Assembly: GCA_016201105.1 (NCBI GenBank)
Contig: JACQDN010000015.1
Location: 13,949-77,948, forward strand
Source: Pseudomonadota bacterium
GTDB taxonomy: Bacteria > Pseudomonadota > Alphaproteobacteria > Micropepsales > Micropepsaceae
Length of the DNA stretch: 64,000 nucleotides
Direction: 5' to 3'
Shown: positions 19,564 to 28,765 of the stretch, piece by piece
How positions within the stretch are numbered: the first letter of the stretch is position 1
Layout: each line of letters opens with the position of its first letter
Program-made: the position numbers and the translations under genes
Notes under the pieces: model-generated
Seen by the model: only the letters and a program-made list of their open reading frames with translations
What the model was told of the DNA's origin: nothing
The model's database searches: none

Positions 19564-20558
19564 ATCAACCCCGCCAGCGGGCTCGAGGGATCGGCGTAGC
19601 GCTTCTTAGCCATGCGGCCGGCGAGATAAGCGAGGCGCCCGGATTCCACCGCCAGCTTCATCGCGCGCGCCATCGCGATGGGATCCTTGGCCTGCGCAAT
19701 GCCGGTGTTCGATATGACCGCATCGCAGCCCAATTCCATCGCCACCGTCGCATCCGACGCGGTGCCGATGCCGGCATCGACGATCACCGGCACTTTCGCT
19801 TCCTCGATGATGAGGCGGATGTTGATGGGATTTTGGATTCCCAATCCCGAACCGATCGGCGAAGCAAGCGGCATGATCGCCACCGCGCCCATGTCTTCCA
19901 GGCGCTTGGCCATCAAGGGATCGTCGCTGCAATAAACCATCACCTGGAAACCTTCCTTGGTGAGCATCTCGGTCGCGCGCAGCGTTTCGATCATGTCGGG
20001 ATAGAGCGTCTTCTGTTCGCCCAGTACTTCTAGCTTTACCAATGTCCACCCGCCCGCTTCGCGCGCCAGCCGCAGGGTGCGCACCGCGTCTTCACCGGTG
20101 AAACACCCGGCCGTGTTCGGCAGATACGTGACCTTTTTGGGATCGATGAAATCGACGAGCTTGGGCTGCTTGGGATCGGTGAGATTCACGCGGCGCACCG
20201 CGACGGTGATGATCTCGGCGCCACTGGCTTCCAACGCGCGCGCGTTTTCCTCGTAGGATTTGAATTTTCCCGTGCCGATGATGAGCCGCGAGCTGTAGGT
20301 TTTTCCGGCAACCGTGAAAGGTTTGTCGGCCGCTTGCGTCTGCATGGGCGCATTGCCTCCGCCGATGAAATGGACGATCTCGAGCCTATCGCCCGCCGCC
20401 ACCATAACGGCCTCGTATTGCGAGCGGGGGACGATCTCGAGATTGCGCTCCACGGCGATCTTGGCGGGGTCCAGCCCCAGGGTCACCAGCAGCTCCCGGA
20501 CGCTCAAGACCCCGTCCAACCGCCGTTCCTCACCGTTGATGGTCAGATGAAAGCCCAT
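19560..20558 (-). CDS. thiG: ThiS-ThiG fusion (sulfur carrier domain fused in frame to thiazole synthase)
   Basis: Codons 1-68 are ThiS ([16 protein letters not shown]...EIVHFIGGG). No stop follows; the frame continues [31 protein letters not shown]... as a full-length ThiG. I checked the junction on the DNA by hand. Confidence 0.85.
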   Translation of the reverse strand: MGFHLTINGEERRLDGVLSVRELLVTLGLDPAKIAVERNLEIVPRSQYEAVMVAAGDRLEIVHFIGGGNAPMQTQAADKPFTVAGKTYSSRLIIGTGKFKSYEENARALEASGAEIITVAVRRVNLTDPKQPKLVDFIDPKKVTYLPNTAGCFTGEDAVRTLRLAREAGGWTLVKLEVLGEQKTLYPDMIETLRATEMLTKEGFQVMVYCSDDPLMAKRLEDMGAVAIMPLASPIGSGLGIQNPINIRLIIEEAKVPVIVDAGIGTASDATVAMELGCDAVISNTGIAQAKDPIAMARAMKLAVESGRLAYLAGRMAKKRYADPSSPLAGLI

Positions 20559-20639
20559 AAAGCCTCTTGCCGTTATGTGGTTTTCGCGGCCGCGAAGGCC
20601 CATTATAAAGCCCGGTCAGCTTCGTTAACCGAGGATCGC

Positions 20640-21104
20640 GTGGCCCGAAAAACCAAGGTTCTGCCGATATATGTCCTGAATGGGCCGAACCTCAACCTCT
20701 TGGGGACCCGCGAGCCGGAGGTCTATGGCCGCATGACCCTGGCCGAGATCGGCAAGGCGGTGGCCGCCCGGGCCAAAGCCGCCAGCCTGGGCGTGGTGTT
20801 CCGGCAGACCAACCACGAAGGCGAGATGATCGATTGGCTGCAGGAGGCTCGCACCAAGGCTTCCGGCGTCATCCTCAACGGGGCCGGCTGGACCCATACC
20901 TCGGTTGCCTTGCTGGACGCCTGCCGCATGCTTGACCGGCCGCTGATCGAAGTCCATCTCTCCAATCCCTACAAACGCGAGGCTTACCGCCGCCGCTCCT
21001 TCGTCAGCGAAGTGGCCGATGGCGTGATCTGCGGGCTGCGCGCGCAAGGCTATCTGTTCGCGATCGATGCGATCGCCGCCCTTCTCAAGGACAGGAACAC
21101 ATGA
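20640..21104 (+). CDS. aroQ: type II 3-dehydroquinate dehydratase
   Basis: GTG 20640 follows GAGGA. The protein reads VLNGPNLNLLGTREPEVYG ... HLSNPYKREAYRRRSF. The track ORF start at 20334 is an antisense extension into thiG. Confidence 0.92.
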   Translation: MARKTKVLPIYVLNGPNLNLLGTREPEVYGRMTLAEIGKAVAARAKAASLGVVFRQTNHEGEMIDWLQEARTKASGVILNGAGWTHTSVALLDACRMLDRPLIEVHLSNPYKREAYRRRSFVSEVADGVICGLRAQGYLFAIDAIAALLKDRNT

Positions 21105-21601
21105 ACATGAAGGACGTGAAGCAACTCGGCGCCAAGCTCACCCAGGCGCCGAAGGTCAAATCGCAACATGTCATCGACGCCGGCGCGATCCGCGAGCTGG
21201 CGGAACTTCTTTCGGAAACCGGATTGACGGAAATCGAAGTCGAGACCAACGGCTCGCGCTTGCGCGTGTCGCGCCAGATGTCGCAGCTTGTTTCCCATGC
21301 ACCGATGATGGCCGCGGCCGCCGCAGCGGCTTCCGCCGAAGCAACGGCGAAGCCCGCCGGACCGCAGCCCGGCGCGGTGCCATCGCCGATGGTGGGCACG
21401 GTGTACGTGGCGCCGCAGCCAGGCGCCGCACCCTTCATCAAAGTGGGCGATGCGGTAAAGGAAGGCGACACGCTTCTCATCGTCGAAGCGATGAAGACGA
21501 TGAATCCGATTGCGGCGCCCAAAGGCGGCACGGTGCGCGAAATCTGCGTGAGCGATGCGCAGCCCGTCGAGTTCGGCCAGACGCTCGTCATCATCAACTA
21601 A
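21101..21601 (+). CDS. accB: acetyl-CoA carboxylase biotin carboxyl carrier protein
   Basis: Biotinyl-lysine motif EAMKTMN and an Ala/Pro linker. The start overlaps the aroQ stop by 4 nt. Confidence 0.95.
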   Translation: MNMKDVKQLGAKLTQAPKVKSQHVIDAGAIRELAELLSETGLTEIEVETNGSRLRVSRQMSQLVSHAPMMAAAAAAASAEATAKPAGPQPGAVPSPMVGTVYVAPQPGAAPFIKVGDAVKEGDTLLIVEAMKTMNPIAAPKGGTVREICVSDAQPVEFGQTLVIIN

Positions 21602-21604
21602 TCC

Positions 21605-22951
21605 ATGTTCGAAAAAGTCCTGATCGCCAATCGCGGAGAAATCGCCCTCCGCATCAACCGCGCCTGCAAGGAGATGGGCATCTCCACGGTGGCGGTGCAT
21701 TCCACGGCCGACGCCGATGCGATGCATGTGCGTTTGGCCGACGAAAGCGTGTGCATCGGTCCGCCTCCGGCGTCGCAGAGCTACCTCAACATTCCGCAAA
21801 TCATCGCGGCCTGCGAAATCACCGGCGCCGAAGCGATCCATCCCGGTTACGGATTTCTGTCGGAGAACGCTCGCTTCGCCGAGATCGTGCGCGAGCACGG
21901 CATCACTTTCATCGGCCCGACCCCCGAACACATTCGCCTAATGGGCGACAAGATCGCCGCCAAGCAGGCCGTGAAGGAAGTGGGGATTCCCACCGTTCCC
22001 GGCTCCGACGGCGCGGTAACGTCCGATACCGAAGCCGCCCGCATCGCCAATCAGATCGGCTATCCGGTTCTCATCAAAGCGTCCGCCGGCGGCGGCGGGC
22101 GCGGCATGAAAGTGGCGGAGAAACCGTCGGACCTCATGCTGGCGCTGTCGACGGCGCGCTCCGAAGCCAAGGCCGCCTTCGGCGACGACGCCGTCTATAT
22201 GGAAAAATACTTGCAGAAGCCGCGCCATATCGAAGTGCAGATCCTGGCGGACTCCTTCGGCAAAGTGCTGCATCTGGGCGAACGCGACTGCTCGCTGCAA
22301 AGACGCCATCAGAAAGTCTGGGAAGAAGCCGGATCGCCTGCCCTCAACACGGCGCAGCGCGAAGAGATCGGCGCCATCGTCACCAAGGCGCTGGAGAAGA
22401 TCGGTTATCTCGGCGCCGGCACCATCGAATTCCTGTTCGAAGAGGGCCACTTCTATTTCATCGAAATGAATACGCGCCTGCAGGTCGAGCATCCCGTGAC
22501 CGAAATGATTACCGGCATCGACATCGTGCGCGAGCAGATCCGCGTCGCCGCCGGCAGTCCGCTCGAAATGGATCAGCGCGACGTGGTGTTCTCAGGACAT
22601 TCCATCGAATGCCGCATCAACGCCGAGAATCCCTTCACCTTTCAGCCATCGCCGGGAACCATTACCACCTTCCACGCGCCGGGCGGTTTGGGGGTTCGTT
22701 TCGATTCGGCGATGTATGACGGCTACCGCATTCCGCCCTATTACGACAGCCTCGCGGGCAAGCTCATCGTGCATGGCAAGAACCGCAACGAATGCATGAT
22801 GCGCTTGCGCCGCTCGCTCGACGAACTTGTGGTCGGCGGCATCGAAACCACCATTCCGCTCTTTCAGCAGCTGGTGCGCGAGCCGGACATTCACAACGGC
22901 GACTACCACATCCACTGGCTCGAACAGTATCTGAGCAAGCACGGCGCATAA
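21605..22951 (+). CDS. accC: acetyl-CoA carboxylase biotin carboxylase
   Basis: 448 aa with an ATP-grasp fold. Starts [26 protein letters not shown] and contains GGGGRGM. Confidence 0.97.
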   Translation: MFEKVLIANRGEIALRINRACKEMGISTVAVHSTADADAMHVRLADESVCIGPPPASQSYLNIPQIIAACEITGAEAIHPGYGFLSENARFAEIVREHGITFIGPTPEHIRLMGDKIAAKQAVKEVGIPTVPGSDGAVTSDTEAARIANQIGYPVLIKASAGGGGRGMKVAEKPSDLMLALSTARSEAKAAFGDDAVYMEKYLQKPRHIEVQILADSFGKVLHLGERDCSLQRRHQKVWEEAGSPALNTAQREEIGAIVTKALEKIGYLGAGTIEFLFEEGHFYFIEMNTRLQVEHPVTEMITGIDIVREQIRVAAGSPLEMDQRDVVFSGHSIECRINAENPFTFQPSPGTITTFHAPGGLGVRFDSAMYDGYRIPPYYDSLAGKLIVHGKNRNECMMRLRRSLDELVVGGIETTIPLFQQLVREPDIHNGDYHIHWLEQYLSKHGA

Positions 22952-22962
22952 TTTCATGACAA

Positions 22963-22991
22963 TTGACAGGCGACAGGCGACACCCTAGTTT
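22963..22991 (+). promoter_or_regulatory. candidate sigma70-type promoter of higBA
   Basis: TTGACA (22963-22968), a 17-nt spacer, then TAGTTT (22986-22991). The spacer carries the tandem GACAGGC GACAGGC GACA. The higB ATG lies only 5 nt after the -10. Confidence 0.4.
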
Positions 22992-22996
22992 GGGGA

Positions 22997-23275
22997 ATGA
23001 TCCGCACGTTCCGGCATCGTGGGCTCAAAGCACTCTATGAAGGAAGATCCGCGGCGAGAGTGTCGGCTCGGCACGCCGCAAAGCTTCGCGACATTCTTGC
23101 CGCACTCGATCGAAGCCGGAACCCAATGGACATGAACTTGCCGGGATTTCGCGCGCATCCGCTCAAAGGCGCTCTCAAAGGGCATTGGGCAGTTTGGGTG
23201 TCGGGCAACTGGCGCGTCACGTTTAGATTCGATGACGGTGACGCGTACGATATCGACTATTTGGACTACCACTAG
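22997..23275 (+). CDS. higB: HigB toxin (RelE/ParE superfamily, 'killer protein')
   Basis: 92 aa. MIRTFRHRGLKALYEG...LKGALKGHWAVWVSGNWRVTFRFDDGDAYDIDYLDYH is typical of HigB. Toxin-first gene order. Confidence 0.9.
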   Translation: MIRTFRHRGLKALYEGRSAARVSARHAAKLRDILAALDRSRNPMDMNLPGFRAHPLKGALKGHWAVWVSGNWRVTFRFDDGDAYDIDYLDYH

Positions 23276-23305
23276 AGGACAGAAAATCTTGCGAAGGAAC
23301 ATGCG

Positions 23306-23593
23306 ATGACCATGCACAATCCTCCTCATCCCGGTGGAATCATCCGCAGGCAATGTCTGGAACCGTTGGAGCTTTCCGTGACCGAAGCTGCCAGAGGCCT
23401 GGGCGTCACACGCCAAGCGCTTTCAGATCTCGTGAACGAACGAGCCGGTATTTCCGTCGATATGGCGATCCGCCTGTCAAAGGCGTTCGGCTCCAGTCCG
23501 GAAATGTGGATGGGTCTGCAAACGGCATACGATCTTTGGCAAGCGCGCGACCGGGTGCGCACGCTCAAGGTGAAGCGCTTCGAGGCCGCTTGA
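23306..23593 (+). CDS. higA: HigA antitoxin (XRE-type HTH)
   Basis: 95 aa. HPGGIIRRQCLEPLELSVTEAARGLGVTRQALSDLVNERAGISVDMAIRLSKAFGSSPEMWMGLQ. Confidence 0.9.
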   Translation: MTMHNPPHPGGIIRRQCLEPLELSVTEAARGLGVTRQALSDLVNERAGISVDMAIRLSKAFGSSPEMWMGLQTAYDLWQARDRVRTLKVKRFEAA

Positions 23594-23599
23594 CCGGTC

Positions 23600-24988
23600 A
23601 TGTACGCCAAGGTCATCGGCCACACGCGATATAATTTTCCCGATCTGAAGACGCTGCTTGCACGCGCTTCGCCGGCCCGTTCGGGCGATCGGCTGGCCGG
23701 ACTTGCCGCGCAAAGCGAAGAAGAGCGCGTCGCCGCGCGCATGGCGCTCGCCGATGTGCCGCTTTCGGCTTTCCTCAACGAAGCACTGGTTCCTTACGAA
23801 AGCGATGAAGTCACGCGGTTGATCGTCGATACCCATGACAGCGGCGCGTTCGCTCCCGTGAAATCCAAAACCGTCGGGGAATTCCGCGATTGGCTGCTGT
23901 CGGACGAAGCCACGACCGAGGCGCTTGCGCGCGTCTCGCCCGCCATCACGCCGGAAATGGCCGCTGCCGCATCCAAGCTCATGCGCAATCAGGATCTGAT
24001 CGCGGCGGCCCGCAAGATCACCGTCGTCACCAAGTTCAACAACACCATCGGCTTGCCGGGGCGGCTTTCGGTGCGCCTGCAGCCCAATCATCCGACCGAC
24101 GATCCCAAAGGCATCGCGGCGTCCATCGTCGATGGCCTGCTTTACGGCAGCGGCGACGCCGTGATCGGCATCAATCCGGCAACCGACAACGTGGCTTCGG
24201 TGACCAATCTGCTGCTCATGCTCGATGCCATGCGGCGGAAATGGAAGGTGCCGACGCAATCCTGCGTGCTTTCGCACATCACGACGACACTGCGGTCGAT
24301 GGAAGCCGGTGCCCCGGTCGACCTCGTGTTTCAATCGATCGCGGGAAGCGAGGCCGCCAATGCGAGCTTTGGCGTCGATCTGGCGCTGCTGCGCCAAGCG
24401 CGCGAAGCCGCGCTCGGTCTAAACCGCGGCGCGATCGGCGACAACGTCATGTATTTCGAGACCGGCCAGGGCAGCGCGCTTTCCGCCAACGCCCATCACG
24501 GCGTCGATCAGCAGACCATGGAATGCCGTGCTTATGCGGTCGCGCGCGTTTTCAAGCCGCTCCTGGTGAATACGGTGGTGGGTTTTATCGGTCCGGAATA
24601 TCTCTTCGACGGCAAGCAAATCATCCGGGCGGGCCTCGAGGATCACTTCTGCGGCAAGCTGCTCGGGCTGCCGATGGGCGTGGACGTCTGTTACACCAAT
24701 CACGCCGAGGCCGATCAAGACGACATGGACACGCTGCTCACCCTCCTCGGCGTGGCCGGCTGCAATTACATCATGGGCGTTCCCGGCGCCGACGATGTGA
24801 TGCTGTCCTATCAGAGCACGTCGTTTCACGACGCACTCTATCTGCGCGGCGTGCTGGGCTTGAAACCGGCGCCGGAATTCGAAGCCTGGCTTACGAGCAT
24901 GGGGATTCTCGATTCAGCGGGCCGCGTGCGCCCACGGCTCGCCAACCCTGCCGCGGCGGCGCTCCTGACATTCGACGGCCTGTCATGA
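23600..24988 (+). CDS. eutB: ethanolamine ammonia-lyase large subunit
   Basis: 462 aa. The N-terminus MYAKVIGHTRYNFPDLKTLLARASPARSGDRLAGLAA is typical of EutB. Confidence 0.95.
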   Translation: MYAKVIGHTRYNFPDLKTLLARASPARSGDRLAGLAAQSEEERVAARMALADVPLSAFLNEALVPYESDEVTRLIVDTHDSGAFAPVKSKTVGEFRDWLLSDEATTEALARVSPAITPEMAAAASKLMRNQDLIAAARKITVVTKFNNTIGLPGRLSVRLQPNHPTDDPKGIAASIVDGLLYGSGDAVIGINPATDNVASVTNLLLMLDAMRRKWKVPTQSCVLSHITTTLRSMEAGAPVDLVFQSIAGSEAANASFGVDLALLRQAREAALGLNRGAIGDNVMYFETGQGSALSANAHHGVDQQTMECRAYAVARVFKPLLVNTVVGFIGPEYLFDGKQIIRAGLEDHFCGKLLGLPMGVDVCYTNHAEADQDDMDTLLTLLGVAGCNYIMGVPGADDVMLSYQSTSFHDALYLRGVLGLKPAPEFEAWLTSMGILDSAGRVRPRLANPAAAALLTFDGLS

Positions 24989-25722
24989 GCGCGCGCGACG
25001 AATGGTATGCGCTGCGCGATCTGACGCCCGCACGTCTGGCGCTCGGACGGAGCGGCAATGCGCTGCCCACCAGCCGCGTTCTGGAATTCCAGCTCGCGCA
25101 TGCGCGCGCCAGGGACGCTGTGCATCGCTCTTTTCATCCCGAGGAGATTGCAGCCGAATTTGGAGCGGTGCCGGCAATCTGCGTCACCACCCAAGCCGGC
25201 GACCGCCTCAGCTATCTGATAAACCCCGCCTTGGGCCGCGAGTTGTCGCCCACTTCCCGCGCGCGCTTGAAACGCGGCCGATATGACGCCGTGCTCGTGA
25301 TCGCGGACGGACTTTCGCCGACGGCCGTCCACAAACACGGCGCCGCGCTTGGGCATGCGATCTTCAAAGCCTTGCCAGACCTCAAATGGGCTCCCGCGGT
25401 CATCGTCACGCAGGGACGCGTCGCGATCGGCGATGAAATCGCCAAGTTGTTGGGCGCGGATATCGCTGTGGTGATGATCGGCGAACGGCCCGGGCTCACG
25501 GCCGCGGACAGTCTCGGCCTGTATCTGACTTATGCTCCCAAATCGGCGATCACCCAGGACGCCGAACGCAACTGCATCTCGAACGTCAGACCGGACGGAC
25601 TGCCACTGGCCGAAGCAGCGCGGCGCCTGGCATGGCTGGCGCGGGAGGCGCGGCGGCTCCGCCTCAGCGGCGTGGGGCTGAAGGAAGACGCACCCGAGAC
25701 CGCGCTGCCGCCAGGGCTTTAG
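24985..25722 (+). CDS. eutC: ethanolamine ammonia-lyase small subunit
   Basis: ATG 24985 overlaps the eutB stop (ATGA). The protein reads MSARDEWYALRDLTPARLALGRSGNALPT... Only the last 246 codons of track ORF 23890..25722 are real. Confidence 0.92.
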   Translation: MSARDEWYALRDLTPARLALGRSGNALPTSRVLEFQLAHARARDAVHRSFHPEEIAAEFGAVPAICVTTQAGDRLSYLINPALGRELSPTSRARLKRGRYDAVLVIADGLSPTAVHKHGAALGHAIFKALPDLKWAPAVIVTQGRVAIGDEIAKLLGADIAVVMIGERPGLTAADSLGLYLTYAPKSAITQDAERNCISNVRPDGLPLAEAARRLAWLAREARRLRLSGVGLKEDAPETALPPGL

Positions 25723-25896
25723 GGGAATCGCTCGGAATTCTCAAGTATTCACCAAGGGATAGATCGAACGTCATGTTCTCATGTGGATAAATTGAAGACT
25801 CTCGACAAATATTCGCGAGTCCTTATTTATTCCGTCGATAAACGAGGCTATGAAATCCCTTCTGGACCTCTCGCAAGAGCTGTCCCCCAACTAAGT

Positions 25897-25952
25897 CCTC
25901 GCCGGGCGACGCACTCCCCACTGACAAAGACAGCCCGGCGAGGCACCTTTTT
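25897..25952 (+). terminator. terminator-like hairpin upstream of doxX
   Basis: An 11-bp stem CCTCGCCGGGC / GCCCGGCGAGG (25897-25907 and 25933-25943) with a 25-nt loop. TTTTT follows at 25948-25952. It sits between a 14-codon mini-ORF and the doxX start. Confidence 0.35.
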
Positions 25953-26016
25953 CCCCGTCATTCTTGCGAACGCCGAAGTGGGCTACCAATTGCCGGTCAG
26001 CATCGGGGAGATAGAC

Positions 26017-26415
26017 ATGACTTTTCTGTCCAAATGGCAGCCGCATATTCTCGGCCTGCTGCGCATCGTGACCGGGCTGCTTTTTCTCGAGCACGGCACG
26101 AGCAAGCTCTTTCACTGGCCGCCGGTCGACATGCCCGCACCGCCACCAGGCTTCATGCCCGTCCTCATCGCGGCGGGAACGATCGAACTCATCGGCGGCG
26201 CACTTGTTACCGTAGGTCTGATGACGCGGCTTGCCGCCTTCATCGTTTCGGGTGAGATGGCCATCGGTTATTGGATGGTGCATTTCGCCAAAGGCATGCA
26301 GCACGGCGCATACTTCCCCGTTCAGAACCTTGGCGACGCTGCGATCCTGTTCTGCTTTGTTTTCCTCTACATCGCGTCCGCCGGTCCGGGTTCCTGGAGC
26401 ATCGACAAGAAGTGA
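26017..26415 (+). CDS. DoxX family membrane protein
   Basis: Trimmed to ATG 26017 after [25 protein letters not shown], with 4 TM segments. The 78-codon extension on the track uses A/T-rich codons atypical of this genome. Confidence 0.85.
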   Translation: MTFLSKWQPHILGLLRIVTGLLFLEHGTSKLFHWPPVDMPAPPPGFMPVLIAAGTIELIGGALVTVGLMTRLAAFIVSGEMAIGYWMVHFAKGMQHGAYFPVQNLGDAAILFCFVFLYIASAGPGSWSIDKK

Positions 26416-26470
26416 CGCGCCCCCTCGCCGCCAAATTGGGCTAGACTGCTCGCACAACGAGAGGTCGATC

Positions 26471-27076
26471 ATGCACGGCGCCGTGCGCCTGACGCCCGAA
26501 CTGGTGATGCGGGCCTATTCCGAAGGCCTCTTTCCGATGGCCGAGCGGCGCGACGATCCGCAGCTGTTCTGGCTGTCGCCGGAAGAACGCGGCATCATTC
26601 CTCTCGACGACTTTCATATCTCCCGCCGTTTGGCGCGCACCGTGCGAAGCGATCGCTTCATCGTGAAATACGACACGGCGTTCCGCGAGATCATGCAGGC
26701 TTGCGCAGAACCGGGGCCGGACCGCGACGACAGCTGGATCAATGCGGAGATCATTGCGCTCTACACGGCTCTGCACGCGCAGGGGCGCGCCCACAGCGTC
26801 GAATGCTGGCGTGACGGAAAACTGGTGGGTGGGCTCTATGGCGTCGAATTGGGAGCGGCCTTCTTCGGCGAGAGCATGTTCAGCCGCGAGCGCGACGCGA
26901 GCAAAGTGGCCCTCGTCCATCTCGTGGCGCGGCTCATCCAGGGCGGCTTCGAATTGCTGGATGCCCAGTTCATGACCGAGCATTTGGCGCGCTTCGGCGC
27001 CATTACGATTTCACGCGAGCACTATCTCGCGCGGCTGAAGAAGGCGATCACCAAGAAAGCGAATTTCTACCGCTAA
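26471..27076 (+). CDS. aat: leucyl/phenylalanyl-tRNA--protein transferase
   Basis: [19 protein letters not shown]...[23 protein letters not shown]...[19 protein letters not shown]. Confidence 0.93.
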   Translation: MHGAVRLTPELVMRAYSEGLFPMAERRDDPQLFWLSPEERGIIPLDDFHISRRLARTVRSDRFIVKYDTAFREIMQACAEPGPDRDDSWINAEIIALYTALHAQGRAHSVECWRDGKLVGGLYGVELGAAFFGESMFSRERDASKVALVHLVARLIQGGFELLDAQFMTEHLARFGAITISREHYLARLKKAITKKANFYR

Positions 27077-27080
27077 AAAC

Positions 27081-27638
27081 CTACTGGCCGGAGCCTTCGG
27101 GCAGGTCGGGCAATTTCTCGTTGGCACCCGCATTGGGCGACACCGGCTTGACCGGCGCGACAGACGCCACCGGCGCAGTGATTTCGTCCGGACGATTGGT
27201 TTTGCAGCTGATCACCCAGACATCGTAGAGCGGATGCTGCACGCCGTTGAGCGATGGGCTCGAGGCCAGCATCCAGCCCGAAAAGATCTTCTTCTCCGGC
27301 TGATCCGGTCGGTGATCGGTGATTTCCAGAAACGCCGTCGTCTCGGGCGTTTCCGATTGCGGCGTCGAGTAGCAATAATGCGCGGTGATCGTGAAGGTCG
27401 CAAAATGCACCGGCACGCCGATGGGCGCCTCGATGTTGGTCGGCCGCGCCGTGATCTTGTCGAGCCCGCGCAGGATCACCATGCGTTTGATCCCGTCCCT
27501 GCCGGCCTTGGCGTCGGCGACAACGTGATGCTCCGGCACCCGCAGATTCACGATGGACGTATCTTCAGCCGCAGCCGGAAGCAGGGCCGCGGCAAAGCCC
27601 GCCAGCGCTCCCCCATAGATGAAAGCTCGTAAGTTCAC
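27081..27638 (-). CDS. DUF2155 domain secreted protein
   Basis: GTG start overlaps the mlaD stop (GTGA). Signal peptide MNLRAFIYGGALAGFAAALLPAAA. Conserved block ILRGLDKITARPTNIEAPIGVPVHFATFTITAHYC. Confidence 0.8.
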   Translation of the reverse strand: MNLRAFIYGGALAGFAAALLPAAAEDTSIVNLRVPEHHVVADAKAGRDGIKRMVILRGLDKITARPTNIEAPIGVPVHFATFTITAHYCYSTPQSETPETTAFLEITDHRPDQPEKKIFSGWMLASSPSLNGVQHPLYDVWVISCKTNRPDEITAPVASVAPVKPVSPNAGANEKLPDLPEGSGQ

Positions 27639-28090
27639 TTGCTGCTCGAATTGTTTCCGTAGAGCGCGCGCCCGATCAGACTCATCAAATCGATCGAGCC
27701 CTGGGTATCGAGTATCTTGCCCCCTTGCGTCAGCATTTTGGCGCTACCGCCCGGCTGCACCGAAAGATAGGAGCTGCCCAGAAGCCCGGACGACGTCACG
27801 CGGATCGAGGAATCGTCGGGAACACTCACGCCGTTGCGGATCGAGATGTGCACGATCGCCTGATAGCTCTTCTGATCGAGTTCCAGCCCGGACACGGTGC
27901 CGATCTTGATGCCGTGCAGCCTCACATCGGTGCCCGGATTGACGCCGTCGGCGCTGGCAAAAACCGCCTGCACTTCATAACCGCGCACTCCCGTGGAGTC
28001 CGTCGTGCGCAGCGTGTAGACCACGAAGATCGCAGCGACCACGACAACGATCGCGCCGATCAGAGTTTCAACCGTGTTGTTGTTCTGCAT
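27635..28090 (-). CDS. mlaD: MlaD-type single-MCE-domain protein
   Basis: Trimmed to ATG 28090. MQNNNTVETLIGAIVVVVAAIFVVY (anchor) followed by an MCE domain (VRLHGIKIGTVSGLELD...). Confidence 0.85.
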   Translation of the reverse strand: MQNNNTVETLIGAIVVVVAAIFVVYTLRTTDSTGVRGYEVQAVFASADGVNPGTDVRLHGIKIGTVSGLELDQKSYQAIVHISIRNGVSVPDDSSIRVTSSGLLGSSYLSVQPGGSAKMLTQGGKILDTQGSIDLMSLIGRALYGNNSSSK

Positions 28091-28113
28091 GATGCCTTGC
28101 TCGTTTCTTCCGT

Positions 28114-28494
28114 TCAGTCCGGCTTCCAGGCCTGATAATCGCCCGTCGCCGCGGGGCGCACGCCTTTGGAGGCGAGGCTTCCCGACGGGCGATACGCACC
28201 CGGCGTGCCCGTAAGGTTTGGTGCGTGATCCTTTTCCCACGTCTTCAGACGCGGCGGCGTAATCGTAGGCGGCTGCTTGAAGGTGTGATGGATCCAGCCA
28301 TGCCAGTCCGGCGGCACGCGCGAGGCTTCCACGGTCCCTGCATAGATAACCCACCGACGCTTGCCGGTTTTGTCTTCGTAATAGCGGTTGCCGAATTTGT
28401 CCTCGCCGACAAACCGGCCCGACAGCCAGGTCTTGACCAAAGTTCCCAGCGTGGCGCGCCGCCACCAGATGAAGATCATGCCGAACAGCGACAT
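28114..28494 (-). CDS. NDUFA12-like (NADH:ubiquinone oxidoreductase subunit A12 family) protein
   Basis: Trimmed to ATG 28494. GEDKFGNRYYEDK...VPPDWHGWIHH signature. Confidence 0.85.
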   Translation of the reverse strand: MSLFGMIFIWWRRATLGTLVKTWLSGRFVGEDKFGNRYYEDKTGKRRWVIYAGTVEASRVPPDWHGWIHHTFKQPPTITPPRLKTWEKDHAPNLTGTPGAYRPSGSLASKGVRPAATGDYQAWKPD

Positions 28495-28749
28495 ACGCGA
28501 ATCTCTCTTCCCGCCCTTGAACCCGGTCCCTTGGCCATCGCGCCGACGGCGCGGATTCGGCGGGGAATATAGAAGGCACAACGACCGTCCGCCACGCACG
28601 GAGCGTCACAGAGAACCTTCAGAACCCCGAAATAATGACTCACAGTTGACGCACAACTTTCATGTCCGTGTGGATGAAAAATTTTTTGTTCGATTCCCTT
28701 CCCCCGCTTGACAGGGGCCTATTTCCTAAGAATTCGGGGGTTGGTTAAT

Positions 28750-28765
28750 GCACAAGATGTAGTGG
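28750..28765. promoter_or_regulatory. NrdR-box-like 16-mer in the nrdJ leader
   Basis: GCACAAGATGTAGTGG compared with the remembered NrdR box consensus acaCwAtATaTwGtgt. 12 of 16 positions match, including all strongly conserved ones. It lies 36 nt downstream of a TTGACA at 28708-28713. I found only one box, whereas NrdR boxes are usually paired. Confidence 0.3.

Noticed and set aside
20559-20660. Expected TPP (THI-box) riboswitch upstream of thiS-thiG
   Set aside because: Only about 80 nt are available before aroQ, and none of the conserved THI-element strings are present. A TATAAT-containing promoter-like stretch is all I can see.
23890-24984. The 5' 365 codons of track ORF 23890..25722
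   Set aside because: They lie out of frame inside eutB and are Arg-rich junk. Only the part from ATG 24985 onward (eutC) is real.
25783-26016. 78-codon N-terminal extension of DoxX suggested by the track (GTG 25783)
   Set aside because: Its codon usage is A/T-rich and unlike the rest of the genome. It runs through a terminator-like hairpin. DoxX proteins are about 130 aa, and ATG 26017 has a GGGGAG Shine-Dalgarno sequence.
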